From positions 2,502 through 66,501 of the IMG/VR virus record IMGVR_UViG_3300044712_002465: DNA of 64,000 bases, one strand, 5' to 3'. Under the pieces are notes generated by a model. It was not told the origin of the DNA. It worked only from the letters and a program-made list of their open reading frames with translations, and did no database searches. The first letter of the stretch is position 1, and every line of letters starts with the position of its first letter. The translations under genes and the position numbers were made by a program. The stretch comes from a virus. This document shows positions 54,489 to 63,956 of this stretch, piece after piece.

Positions 54489-55495
54489 AGCGCTGGATCA
54501 TCACCGCGACCCTCGCGGTCGCCATCGCGATCCCGCTCCTCGCGTTCGCCCAGGACGTGACGGGCGATCCGATGCTCGACTCGCTGATGAAGTACGTCCC
54601 GGCGAAGGCGCTGCCCTACGTCGCCGGGCTCTGGATCGTCCTCTTCTACCTCGTCGCCCCCATCGTCAAGGCGAAGGTCGGCGGGTCGAGCCTCGTCGGC
54701 CGGCTGGCGGTGAAGGCGGCCGAGTGGATCACCCAGGACAGCCACCGGCCCCCGCCGCTCAAGGTGGTCAAGGGCGGCGCGGAGTCTCCGCCCAAGGGCG
54801 CGGTGAGCACCGCCGTCGCGATCCTCGTGGCCGTGACCTGCACCCTCGTCCTCGTGTTCGTGACCCTGCTCCCGTCGAGGGCGTTCGGGCAGGACCGCGC
54901 CGAGATGGAGGCGCTCGAGCGGCGCGTCCTCTCGCTCGAGTCCTGCTACCAGCAGCCGGACGCGGCCGCCGTCGCGCGCTGCTTCGACCGCGGCATCAAC
55001 GGGCGCATCCTCGTCGCCCAGGCCGACACGAGCGCCGCGGCGCCCGCGCCCGAGGTCGCCCCGGCCGCGGCCCCGGCGGAGAGCGCGCCCCCGCCGGCCG
55101 CGCCGCCCGCGGAGACCCCCGCGCCGGCAGCTCCGGCCCCGCGTCTCGAGGTGCGGGTGACCTCCGATCTCTCCCTGCACCCCAACGTCTCCATCGCGGC
55201 GTTCGGCTACGACATCACCCACCGGCAGTGGATCGGCGGCGTGCAGATCACCGGCCTCTACGTCCTGACCTCCAAGCGCCTCCTCGACGCCGGCATCGGG
55301 TTCGGCGGGTCGCTCAAGCTCGGTACCGGGGCGACGGGCACCGACACGGGCCTGTCCGGAACGCTCAACGGGACGATCGTGTCGCCGCGCCTCGCCGCGG
55401 GGGGCGTGAACCTCCACGCGGCCGTCATCGGGGGCCGGCAGTTCGGGCCCGTCGCCGCGTGGCTCGCCTACGTGGCTCCCACCGTGGAGTTCTAG
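54485..55495 (+). CDS. Membrane protein: holin-like N-terminus plus C-terminal beta-barrel-like domain
   Basis: Signal peptide AFA-Q, TM, second signal-like segment AFG-Q, Pro/Ala linker, amphipathic strands ending in Phe. Confidence 0.6.
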   Translation: MKRWIITATLAVAIAIPLLAFAQDVTGDPMLDSLMKYVPAKALPYVAGLWIVLFYLVAPIVKAKVGGSSLVGRLAVKAAEWITQDSHRPPPLKVVKGGAESPPKGAVSTAVAILVAVTCTLVLVFVTLLPSRAFGQDRAEMEALERRVLSLESCYQQPDAAAVARCFDRGINGRILVAQADTSAAAPAPEVAPAAAPAESAPPPAAPPAETPAPAAPAPRLEVRVTSDLSLHPNVSIAAFGYDITHRQWIGGVQITGLYVLTSKRLLDAGIGFGGSLKLGTGATGTDTGLSGTLNGTIVSPRLAAGGVNLHAAVIGGRQFGPVAAWLAYVAPTVEF

Positions 55496-55498
55496 ACG

Positions 55499-55834
55499 GT
55501 GGACGCCTCCACCCTCGCCACCGTCACCAGCGCGGCCCCTGACCCCGGGGCCGTCGTCGCCGTCGTTGGCGCCTTGCTGGTGGTCCTCGGAGGAGCCCTC
55601 GGGTTCCCGTGGTGGTGGAGGCCGGCGGTGCAGATCGCCGGGGCGGCTTGGCGGGGACGGCGCGCGCTCGCGCTGGTGAAGCCCGAGCCCGGCCCGGATC
55701 CGGTCTCCGACGGCGGCACCGCGGATGATCGCCTGATCCGTCCCTCCGCCGCTCCGGCGCCGCACTACGAGGTCACGGACCCGCTCCGGCCGATCGAGCC
55801 GGGCGGCGGGCCCACCGGAGGGATGGGCGGATGA
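55499..55834 (+). CDS. Single-TM membrane protein
   Basis: AVVAVVGALLVVLGGALGFPWWW. Confidence 0.55.
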   Translation: MDASTLATVTSAAPDPGAVVAVVGALLVVLGGALGFPWWWRPAVQIAGAAWRGRRALALVKPEPGPDPVSDGGTADDRLIRPSAAPAPHYEVTDPLRPIEPGGGPTGGMGG

Positions 55835-56241
55835 CGCGCCTCCTCGCGGCCGTCCTCCTCCTCGCCGGGTGCGCGCCGCGCGTCGCCACGCGCGCCGAGC
55901 TCGACCGCTCGCCGGTCGGGCAGTTCGGGATCGTGCGGCCGCCGCCCATCGGGTGCTCCGAGACGTCGGGCCCGCCGTGGAACGCCGCGCGCTGGGTCTC
56001 GATCTGGGACGGTGACGGCGGCTGGGGCTACTGCTCCGTCGACCTCGTCAGCCCGCACCGCGTCCGGTGCCTCTTCGACCACTGCGAGCGCCTCGAGTCG
56101 GGGGCGTGGCGGTGCGGCGCGCCGGAGCGCGCGTTCCATTCCTTCAACGGCTGGGCGGCGGCGGGCCTGGGGCTTCACCTCGGGGCCGGTGCGGCGGAAG
56201 GTCCGCCGCCGCCCTCTTCCTCCGCGACGAGGCGCCCATGA
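55831..56241 (+). CDS. Cys-rich lipoprotein
   Basis: MTRLLAAVLLLAG-C lipobox. Confidence 0.6.
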   Translation: MTRLLAAVLLLAGCAPRVATRAELDRSPVGQFGIVRPPPIGCSETSGPPWNAARWVSIWDGDGGWGYCSVDLVSPHRVRCLFDHCERLESGAWRCGAPERAFHSFNGWAAAGLGLHLGAGAAEGPPPPSSSATRRP

Positions 56242-56504
56242 AGTTCAACCCGCGCTCGTTCCTGGTCGGCGTTCTCGCCGCGATCATCCCCACGATCGGC
56301 GCGGCCTGGGCGTTCGCCACCCTCGCCGCCGACCACGTCCTCAAGCCCCACCTCGAGGGCGCGCGGGTGCGCATCGGCGTCATGTGCACGCTCGCCGACG
56401 TCCAGAACCGGAAGCTGAAGGCGATCTGCGAAAAGACCCAGGCCGCCTGCGACGCCTCGATGGACGAGGCGCTCGTGGCCGCGTGCCACGAGGCCACGAA
56501 GTAG
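56238..56504 (+). CDS. Small membrane protein (holin/spanin candidate)
   Basis: FLVGVLAAIIPTIGAAWAFA; four Cys in C-terminal part. Confidence 0.55.
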   Translation: MKFNPRSFLVGVLAAIIPTIGAAWAFATLAADHVLKPHLEGARVRIGVMCTLADVQNRKLKAICEKTQAACDASMDEALVAACHEATK

Positions 56505-56514
56505 GGAGGACGCG

Positions 56515-56811
56515 ATGGGCGCAGTCATCGAAGCGAGGCGACACCGGGCGATGGCGATGCGAACCGCCCTCGGTCTCGCCCTTCTCATCGCCGCGTGCGC
56601 CGCGCCACGCCCGGTCGCCCGCTCGACCAGGCCGCCGGAGTGGGAGCCCTGCGCCGCGCGGTGCCGCGTCATCTACGCCCAGGAGATGCCGGGAGCGCAC
56701 CTCAACGCCGCCGGGCAGTGCGTGTGCATGCCCGAGATCGTCCACCTCCGCGCGACGCTCCGCGCGGTCAGCACCGTCGCGACGCCTCCGGTCGCGACCC
56801 CCTCGAAGTGA
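56515..56811 (+). CDS. Small Cys-rich lipoprotein
   Basis: MRTALGLALLIAA-C lipobox; CAARC...CVC. Confidence 0.55.
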   Translation: MGAVIEARRHRAMAMRTALGLALLIAACAAPRPVARSTRPPEWEPCAARCRVIYAQEMPGAHLNAAGQCVCMPEIVHLRATLRAVSTVATPPVATPSK

Positions 56812-56825
56812 AGGAGCCACACGCC

Positions 56826-57500
56826 ATGATCAAGACGTTCCGCGCCATCGCCCTCGTCGCCGCCTTCCTCGTCGCCACGCCCGCGCTCGCCGCGTCGGGC
56901 AAGTCGCAGACGCTCCGCAACTCCATCCCGAACCAGATCTTCCGCTCCGTCGCGTGGACGCCCCCGGCCACGCTCGAGCTCCACCTCGAGTCGACGTGCT
57001 CGGACGGCGCGGGCGGGCTCGGCGTGGAGGTCGATCCGGCCTACGCCTACACCCACCAGGTGCTCAACCCGGGCGCGACGAACTGGGGCATCAACGGGAC
57101 CAACGGGAACGCCACCGCGGGCGCCCTGTCGAACATCACCGCGATCACGTTCCCGACCGTCACCGGGACGAACTGGACCGTCCGCTGCGTGTCCATCCGG
57201 ACCGGCACGACCCGCCACTACTGGGGCGACGTGAACGGCTCGCCGCAGACCGTGACCGTGGGCTCCACCGCCAGTTTCGCCACGAACGCGCTCACCATCA
57301 CCGAGGCCGCGGCGGGGATGCCGAGCTTCGACGAGATGCAGGCGGTGCTCGGGCGTCCGATCGAGACCCTCGCCGACCTCCTCGCCTTCTACGACGAGGC
57401 GGACAGGCTCGCCCGGCTCGAGGCCATGAGCGAGGACGAGGCGGTGTCCTCGGTGCTGGACCCGACCCCCGACGTCGACACCTGGTCCGCGCAGCAGTAG
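56826..57500 (+). CDS. Signal-peptide-bearing phage fibre-associated structural protein
   Basis: MIKTFRAIALVAAFLVATPALA-A; core AWTPPATL...VEV...Y...SNITAITFPT...W...TVTVG..ASF...ALTITE resembles a widespread small phage tail/fibre protein family. Confidence 0.7.
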   Translation: MIKTFRAIALVAAFLVATPALAASGKSQTLRNSIPNQIFRSVAWTPPATLELHLESTCSDGAGGLGVEVDPAYAYTHQVLNPGATNWGINGTNGNATAGALSNITAITFPTVTGTNWTVRCVSIRTGTTRHYWGDVNGSPQTVTVGSTASFATNALTITEAAAGMPSFDEMQAVLGRPIETLADLLAFYDEADRLARLEAMSEDEAVSSVLDPTPDVDTWSAQQ

Positions 57501-57512
57501 CCCGGAGCTCGC

Positions 57513-59795
57513 ATGCGCCGCCTCTTCCTCGTCGCCGCCCTGGCGATGGCCTGGGGCGGCGCTGCCTATGGGCAGTCCACGTATTTCGGGATGACCATCC
57601 CGACGACGCACCCGCGCCTTTGGTACAACGGCGCCTCCGACCCCCGGTACATCGAGGCGGCCGCGCGGGCGAGCAGCATCACGCTCAACGGCGACCCGTA
57701 CTACGCCGGCGAGTACCAGGACTACGCGCTCAAGGGGATGCTCCAGGGCAACGCCTCGTACTGCACCACCGCCGCGAACTGGGCGATGGCCGAAGCGCAG
57801 GCGCACGGACCCGGCGGCGGCGGCGCCGACATGGACTACGCCCGCTGGGACGGGCAGTTCGTGATCTTCATCTGGGACTGGTGCAACGGGCAGTTCACGG
57901 GCGCTGCGCGGACCACGTTCATCTCGAACATGAACTCGTGGTTGGACTTCCAGCAGACGAGCGGCTGCACACTCGACACGATGGTGCAGGGCAACTACTT
58001 CTGGGGTGCGCTCCGCAACCACCTGATGTGGGGCCTCGCAAGCTACGAGGAGAACACGACGAAGGCGCAGCAGTTCATCGCCGCGGCCATCACTCAGCGT
58101 TACCGCAACGACTTCCTCCCGTTCGACAAGAATCTGAACCAGGGCGGCCTCGCCATCGAGGGCTCGGAGTACGGGCCCTACCTCGCCGGCTACGCGACGC
58201 CCGCCTTCGACGCGGCGGCTGTCTTCGGGATCCCCGGGATCTGGGACGAGGCGAACTTCTGGAAGGAGCATGTGTACGGGACGATCTACATGACGCTCCC
58301 GACGACCTGGGCAAGCAACCCGGGCGGCTGGTACTTCTTCCCGCACTCCGACGTGGGCGGGGCCTTCGCCAACGGCTCGGGCATCAACCGGGACATGAGC
58401 GGGCCCATCGATCCGAACCGCGGCACGAACTACGGCATCTTCATGACGTACGCCGCGCGGCAGTGGAACGCGAGTCCGATCGGCCAGCACGCGGCGCAGT
58501 GGCTCAAGCAGACCGGCCAGCCACGCGAGGGGTGGATGTCGCTCTACGACCCCGGCACCCTCACCACGGCCTCGTTCTCGACGCTCCCGCTGGACTACTA
58601 CGCCGCTGGGCAGAAGTGGCTGTTCGCGAAGGACTCCTGGGCGTCCGGTGCGACGGCGGTGTTTCTCCAGGGCGGCGATCGGGCGATGCAGTTCTCCTGC
58701 GGCCACGGGCACGTCGATTGGGGCAACTGGCAGATGTGGCGGAACGGTCGGTGGCTCTCCCGCGAGACGACGGACTACAACGGATTCATCCCGTCGTTCG
58801 ATCCGCCGCTGGACGGCACCACCTTCGAGGACACGGAGCACTCCGTCGCGCACAACGTCCTCTGGGTCCAGGGGCAGGCCGAGCTATACGGCGGGTACGA
58901 CTACTTCGACCCGCGCGGCACGGCCACGACGACGCGCCTGGAGTCGAAGCCCGCGTACACGTTCCAGGCGACCGATTTCATCTCGCTCAAGACGCAGAAC
59001 AACGGGTGGAGCACGCCCAACGCACACATGACCGGCTGGGTGCGGGAGTTCGTCTTCTTCCGCGGCCTCGGGACCCTCGTGATCATGGACCGCATCCAGA
59101 GCGACCACACGACGGACCGAAAGTCGGTCGTCATCCACACGGAGGGAAACCCGACGGTGCTCTCCGCGCGCCCCGGCCTCACGTACACCACTGGTACCGA
59201 GGCGATGGACGCCTGGGTCTGGGCGGTGCCCTCCACGTCGGTAACGATGCGAAAGGTCTTCGAGAAGGAGGAGCGCGAGTTCTACCCAGGACCTCCGCCA
59301 CCGGGAGCGCCCACGGGGCGCGGGCACAACCCCGGCCACGGGCAGTACCGCGTCGAGATCGACACCACGCCCGGCGTGACGCAGAGCTACATCGTGCAGG
59401 TCATCCAGGGGCGCGCCGCCGCCGGCTCCGCGCTCAGCCCGACCATCGTGGACAACGGCGCGAGCTTCACAGTCACCTTGGACGGGAGCAACGCCGTGAC
59501 GTTCGTGAAGGGCGCGGCGTCGAGCGGCGGAACCATCACCGCGACCGGCACCTCGTCGTCGCTCACGTCCGCGCGTCAGGCGTTCTCGGTCACCGCCGCC
59601 GGCCCCTCGTGGGACGCGGAGGTGCCCGGCACCGTGGCGACCTCCGCCACCATCTCGGCCGCCGCGACCGTGACGGCCACCCTCGGAGCGCGGACTCCGC
59701 TCTCGGCGTCGCTCACCGCCTCGGCGTCGTTCGACCCCACGATGCTCGTCTCGACCCGCGCGACCGGCGCCTGCGGTGTCCCGCTGGGTCACTAG
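57513..59795 (+). CDS. Secreted heparinase II/III-like polysaccharide lyase with C-terminal stalk repeats
   Basis: Signal peptide AYG-Q; THPRLW, GGLAIEGSEYG, GHGHVDWGNW, HNVL, REFVF...LVIMDRI. Confidence 0.7.
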   Translation: MRRLFLVAALAMAWGGAAYGQSTYFGMTIPTTHPRLWYNGASDPRYIEAAARASSITLNGDPYYAGEYQDYALKGMLQGNASYCTTAANWAMAEAQAHGPGGGGADMDYARWDGQFVIFIWDWCNGQFTGAARTTFISNMNSWLDFQQTSGCTLDTMVQGNYFWGALRNHLMWGLASYEENTTKAQQFIAAAITQRYRNDFLPFDKNLNQGGLAIEGSEYGPYLAGYATPAFDAAAVFGIPGIWDEANFWKEHVYGTIYMTLPTTWASNPGGWYFFPHSDVGGAFANGSGINRDMSGPIDPNRGTNYGIFMTYAARQWNASPIGQHAAQWLKQTGQPREGWMSLYDPGTLTTASFSTLPLDYYAAGQKWLFAKDSWASGATAVFLQGGDRAMQFSCGHGHVDWGNWQMWRNGRWLSRETTDYNGFIPSFDPPLDGTTFEDTEHSVAHNVLWVQGQAELYGGYDYFDPRGTATTTRLESKPAYTFQATDFISLKTQNNGWSTPNAHMTGWVREFVFFRGLGTLVIMDRIQSDHTTDRKSVVIHTEGNPTVLSARPGLTYTTGTEAMDAWVWAVPSTSVTMRKVFEKEEREFYPGPPPPGAPTGRGHNPGHGQYRVEIDTTPGVTQSYIVQVIQGRAAAGSALSPTIVDNGASFTVTLDGSNAVTFVKGAASSGGTITATGTSSSLTSARQAFSVTAAGPSWDAEVPGTVATSATISAAATVTATLGARTPLSASLTASASFDPTMLVSTRATGACGVPLGH

Positions 59796-59801
59796 GTCCC
59801 C

Positions 59802-62800
59802 ATGCGCCGAGCCCTCCTCGCCACCGTGCTGCTCGCCGGGCCCCTCGCGGCGCTCGCCGACTCGACCGTCACGCTCGACACGACGGCGCACGGTGCGGGC
59901 GGGAACACCTGGATCCGGTCCACGGTCGATCTCGCTTCGTCGAACGGCGTGCTGACCTCGCCCGTGTTCTCCACTGGCGGCGGCCGCCGCATGATCGTGT
60001 TGGCCGTGATGCTCGACGACAACGCGAGCACGAATCCGTCGCTGGACGCGGTCGCCTGGACGACGACCACGCCACCTGGCGCGACGGCGTTCACGCGGCT
60101 GCACCTGTACACGCCGCAGTCGACCAACGCGATCGACTTCTGGGGCGCCTGGACGGCGGAGGCGGTGTCGAGCGTCTCCGTGACGTTCACTCCGGGCGGG
60201 ACCGTCACGGCGGCAGCGGAGCTGCTCGACGTCTACGCGCTCGTCGGCGCGAAGCACACGGCCACCATGAGCGACTCGGTGGGGGCGACGATGGGGGCGG
60301 TGGGGGCGCTCGCCACGAACATCACGCCGACCTCCGCCCAGTCCCTCATCCTCGGAGGGGTGCTCGAGCTCTACTCCGCAGTCGCGCTGACGGCGACGAG
60401 CGCGATCGGCACCTACGATGACACCTGGCCGTCCACGTACCATCGGTATGCCTACGGGCGAGTCACGACGCACGGGACGGGCGCCGTCTCCTTCGGGTCC
60501 ACGACCGGAACCGTCGCTCAGACCATGGAGGCGGCGATCGAGATCCTGCCGGAGATCGTCTCCACCCAGGTCGCGAGCATCACGGCTCCGGCGTCGGTGT
60601 CCGCGGCGCTGTCCGTGAGCGTGCCCCTCTCGGCGAGCATCACGGGCCAGGCGACGATGACTCCGGAGATGGCGATCTCCTCCTCGTCCGTGGCGCTGCA
60701 GGCGAACATCACGGCGCCGGCGTCGGTCTCCGCCACCCTCTCGGTGTCGCATCCGCTCTCGGCCTCCGTGGCCGCGTCCGCGACCGTCGCCGCCGGCCTG
60801 TCGAACCCGGCGACCCCGCCCACGATCCGCGCGGGGTTCCCGGTCATCGCCAACCACGCGACGGCCGCTGCGCCCTACACGATCACCACCGCGGCCTTCA
60901 GCGCGAACGCCGGGGACGTCCTCGTAGCGTTCGCGCAGGCGTACACGCTGCCGGTCCTGCAGGGGTCCTCGCTGCGCTGGCTTCCGCGCGTGACCACCCG
61001 GAACAACGACTACGCGGGCGGGGTCGGGCACCGCTACCAGCAGACGACCATGTGGACCGCCGTTGTGCCCCCGGGCGGCGTGACGGGCGAGACGGTGAGC
61101 TTCAACGTCCCGACGACGCAGGAGTGGGGCTACGCGGTTACGGACACGCCGGCGCAGATCCAGGTGTTCGCCTTCGACAACGCCGGCGGCGTCGGGTACG
61201 TGCGGTGGCGCGGCGCCGAGGGCAACCTCGGCGTCATCACCGCCGGGATGACGATGCGCGCGCGAGGGGGTGGGAGCCTCCTCCTCGCCGGCGGCTCGCT
61301 CTGGGGCGGCGCGTGGGGCGCGGGCGCCGGGTCCAGCCTCGCCGGCGCCGTCACCAACTCCATGGGCGTGCTCTCGCGCGTCTCGACCGGCGCCGGGACC
61401 TTCGAGCTCAACACCGACAGCACGGCGCAGTTCTTCTGCTTCGCCGGGATCGAGATCCTCCCCGCGGGCGCGACGCCCCCGACGAAGAGGCTCCTCGCGC
61501 TCGGCGACTCGGGCGTGGAGAGCAACGACTCCGAGAACCCGTGGGCGCCGCTGACCACCGAGGCGCTCGGGACCGAGTGGGAGCTGTACGGCGGCGGCGT
61601 CTGGTGGGCCTACTCGGAGCACGTCCGCGCGCGCTGGACGGACATGTGGTCGCACGCGCCGCCGTTCGACATGGTGGTCTACCGGGTCGGGTGGAACGAC
61701 ATCACCTACCACGGTGCCCTGAACCAGACCGACTGGCTCTCCACGCTCACCTCGATCTCGACGGCCTCCCCGACGGGCAACCGCGGTTACATCGCCATGA
61801 GCCTGAAGGCGGAGAGCTGGTACGGCTACAGCGCCGGCTCCGACGCCGCGGACGCCTGGATGCGCTCGAACGCGCCCGCCGGGACGCACTTCTACGCGTG
61901 GGACGCCGCCCTCGGCACCACGACCCAGGTGCAGGCGTGCCTCTCGCCCGACGCGACGCACTGGAGCGACGTGTGCAACACCCAGATCGCGAACGAGCTG
62001 GTCACCGAGATCACCTCGATCATGGCCTCTCCGGTGCTCGGCGCGTCGCTCTCGGGGACCGCCACCGTCGGCGCCACGCTCTCGATCTCGACCCCCTCCG
62101 TCGCGCTCTCGGCGAGCATCGACGGACAGGCGACCGTCGCGGGGCCGCTCTCCGCGGCCACCCCGCTCTCCGCGACCATCTCCGGGCAGGCCACGCTCGA
62201 CTGCGGCATGGGGGCGTGCTCGGGGATGGGGGCGACCGTCTCGGGCCAGAGCTCCATCACCGCGACGCTGTCGGTGTCGACTCCGTTGGGCGCGCAGCTC
62301 GCGGGGACGGCCGCCGTGGGGGCTGGGGCGTCCGTGGCGACGCCTCTCGCGGCGACGGTCGATGGGCGGGCCGCCGTCGACGCGTCGCTGACGGGAGGCT
62401 CCGTCACCGTCCTGGACGCGGCCGTGGCCGGCGCGGGCTCCGTGTCGGCGGACCTCTCGGTGACGACGCCCGCCGGCGCCGCCGTCGCCGGGACCTCGAG
62501 CGTGGCGGCGAACCTCGGGGTGACGACGCCGGCGGGGGCCGGGATCCAGGGGACCGCCAGCGTCGCCGCCGAGCTGACCATCACCGGGAACGTCGCCCTC
62601 GCGGCCGACATCCAGGGGCAGGCGACCGTCTCCGCCGCGGCGGAGACGCAGGGGAGCGGCCTCTCCGCCGCGATCGGCGGCACGAGCTCGGTCGCCGCGA
62701 CGCTGTCGGTGAGCGTCCCCCTCGGCGCCACGCTGCAGGGTACGTCCTCGGTCCAGGCGGCGCTTCCGCGGGACCTCGCCCACGCGCCGCGGATCAAGCT

Positions 62801-62840
62801 CTCGACGCCGCGCCCGGCCATCACGATCCAAGGGAGGTAG
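59802..62840 (+). CDS. Large secreted fibre-like protein with SGNH/GDSL-like domain and Ala/Ser/Thr repeats
   Basis: Signal peptide ALA-D; LLALGDS...GWND...PDATHW; ~19-22 aa repeats such as PLSASITGQATV. Confidence 0.75.
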   Translation: MRRALLATVLLAGPLAALADSTVTLDTTAHGAGGNTWIRSTVDLASSNGVLTSPVFSTGGGRRMIVLAVMLDDNASTNPSLDAVAWTTTTPPGATAFTRLHLYTPQSTNAIDFWGAWTAEAVSSVSVTFTPGGTVTAAAELLDVYALVGAKHTATMSDSVGATMGAVGALATNITPTSAQSLILGGVLELYSAVALTATSAIGTYDDTWPSTYHRYAYGRVTTHGTGAVSFGSTTGTVAQTMEAAIEILPEIVSTQVASITAPASVSAALSVSVPLSASITGQATMTPEMAISSSSVALQANITAPASVSATLSVSHPLSASVAASATVAAGLSNPATPPTIRAGFPVIANHATAAAPYTITTAAFSANAGDVLVAFAQAYTLPVLQGSSLRWLPRVTTRNNDYAGGVGHRYQQTTMWTAVVPPGGVTGETVSFNVPTTQEWGYAVTDTPAQIQVFAFDNAGGVGYVRWRGAEGNLGVITAGMTMRARGGGSLLLAGGSLWGGAWGAGAGSSLAGAVTNSMGVLSRVSTGAGTFELNTDSTAQFFCFAGIEILPAGATPPTKRLLALGDSGVESNDSENPWAPLTTEALGTEWELYGGGVWWAYSEHVRARWTDMWSHAPPFDMVVYRVGWNDITYHGALNQTDWLSTLTSISTASPTGNRGYIAMSLKAESWYGYSAGSDAADAWMRSNAPAGTHFYAWDAALGTTTQVQACLSPDATHWSDVCNTQIANELVTEITSIMASPVLGASLSGTATVGATLSISTPSVALSASIDGQATVAGPLSAATPLSATISGQATLDCGMGACSGMGATVSGQSSITATLSVSTPLGAQLAGTAAVGAGASVATPLAATVDGRAAVDASLTGGSVTVLDAAVAGAGSVSADLSVTTPAGAAVAGTSSVAANLGVTTPAGAGIQGTASVAAELTITGNVALAADIQGQATVSAAAETQGSGLSAAIGGTSSVAATLSVSVPLGATLQGTSSVQAALPRDLAHAPRIKLSTPRPAITIQGR
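62030..62770 (+). repeat. Tandem ~19-22 codon stalk repeats (also 60570-60800 and 59630-59740)
   Basis: (P/A)L(S/G/A)A(S/T)(I/V/L)xG(Q/T)(A/S)(T/S)VxAxLSVxT repeated about a dozen times. Confidence 0.8.
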
Positions 62841-62844
62841 CCGC

Positions 62845-63369
62845 ATGCGCCGCTTCGCCCTCGCCGTGGTCCTCGCCCTCTCCGCCGGCTCGGCGCGCGC
62901 CGCCGACACGTACGTGTTCCCCACGCTCCGGGTGGCGCGCGGCTACCAGGGCCCGATCGTCGTGGACGTGACGTGGTCGGACGGCACCCCGCGCCCGGTC
63001 GCGCCGATCGTGGGAGTGCTGACGGTCTATCGCTCGAGCTCGACGCCCGGGAGCACCGGAGCCGTCCTGCTCCAGAAGGCGATCGACCCGGCGGGCGGGA
63101 CGGAGCCGGCGAACCGGATGGTGATCAACGTCTCATCCGCGGACCTCTCGGCCCCCGGGACCTACTACGCCGAGATCCAGCTCGTCGAGGCCCTCGCCAC
63201 CGACATGCTGCACGGCCTGGTGACCATCGAGGGCCAGAGGGTCCCGGGCGGCATCGGCCTGCTCGAGGAGGCGCCGGAGGGCGAGGTCGGCGGCGCGGTG
63301 GCGTTCGCGACGCCTCCCGAGGCGGCTCGGCGCTGGGCCGGCGGCGGGCCCACGGGTGGCATGGGGTAG
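62845..63369 (+). CDS. Signal-peptide-bearing BppU-N-like adaptor protein
   Basis: MRRFALAVVLALSAGSARA-A; VINVSSADLSAPGTYYAEIQL...HGLVTI. Confidence 0.6.
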   Translation: MRRFALAVVLALSAGSARAADTYVFPTLRVARGYQGPIVVDVTWSDGTPRPVAPIVGVLTVYRSSSTPGSTGAVLLQKAIDPAGGTEPANRMVINVSSADLSAPGTYYAEIQLVEALATDMLHGLVTIEGQRVPGGIGLLEEAPEGEVGGAVAFATPPEAARRWAGGGPTGGMG

Positions 63370-63458
63370 CCCCTCAGGTCGTCCCTGGTACCCGGGACAC
63401 ACTTAGAGTGGAGTCGGCGCTAGTATCCCACCCGCACGCAACGTGCGGGGAGAGGCCC

Positions 63459-63659
63459 ATGAACGACGAGGCGGTGACGCTCATGCGAGAGATCGAGTGG
63501 GCGGGGAGCGCGTGGGCGCCGATGTGTCCGAAGTGCCGGCGGCTCCGGGGCGAGGGCCACGCCCGCGACTGCACGCTCGCCGCGTTCATCAAGGTGTCGG
63601 GAACCGAGCCCCTCCAGGTCGTCATGGACGACCTCGGCTGCCCCGTGGTCCACGACTGA
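63459..63659 (+). CDS. Small zinc-binding protein, paralog of 30134-30508 C-terminus
   Basis: GGGGAG RBS; LMREIEW...CPKC...GHARDCTLAAF. Confidence 0.55.
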   Translation: MNDEAVTLMREIEWAGSAWAPMCPKCRRLRGEGHARDCTLAAFIKVSGTEPLQVVMDDLGCPVVHD

Positions 63660-63956
63660 CGTCCCGGGGCCCGGAGCCGACCGGCCGCGCCAGCGCCCGC
63701 AGGAGCCGCGCGGCGTCGCCCGGGCGAGCGCTGGGGTGGGGGAGCGCCGGAAAACGCACGGCGCGGGCAGGGAGGGCCGCTCCTGACGATCCTGGCGAGG
63801 TGGCTCGGTCGCGTCGTGCCTGCCCGTCGGTTGCCCGAAGATCCCTGGCGAGCGGTGCGATCCGTGGAAGGCGTGGACGGGGCGCGCGGAGTCGAACACC
63901 AATCTCTACGCACCCTTGGCGATCCTAAGCGACCGGCGCGAACCGCCCCCTCCGTT

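Noticed and set aside
59630-62770. CRISPR array or DGR template/variable repeats
   Set aside because: Repeats are degenerate in-frame protein repeats; no constant DNA repeat-spacer pattern, cas or reverse transcriptase gene
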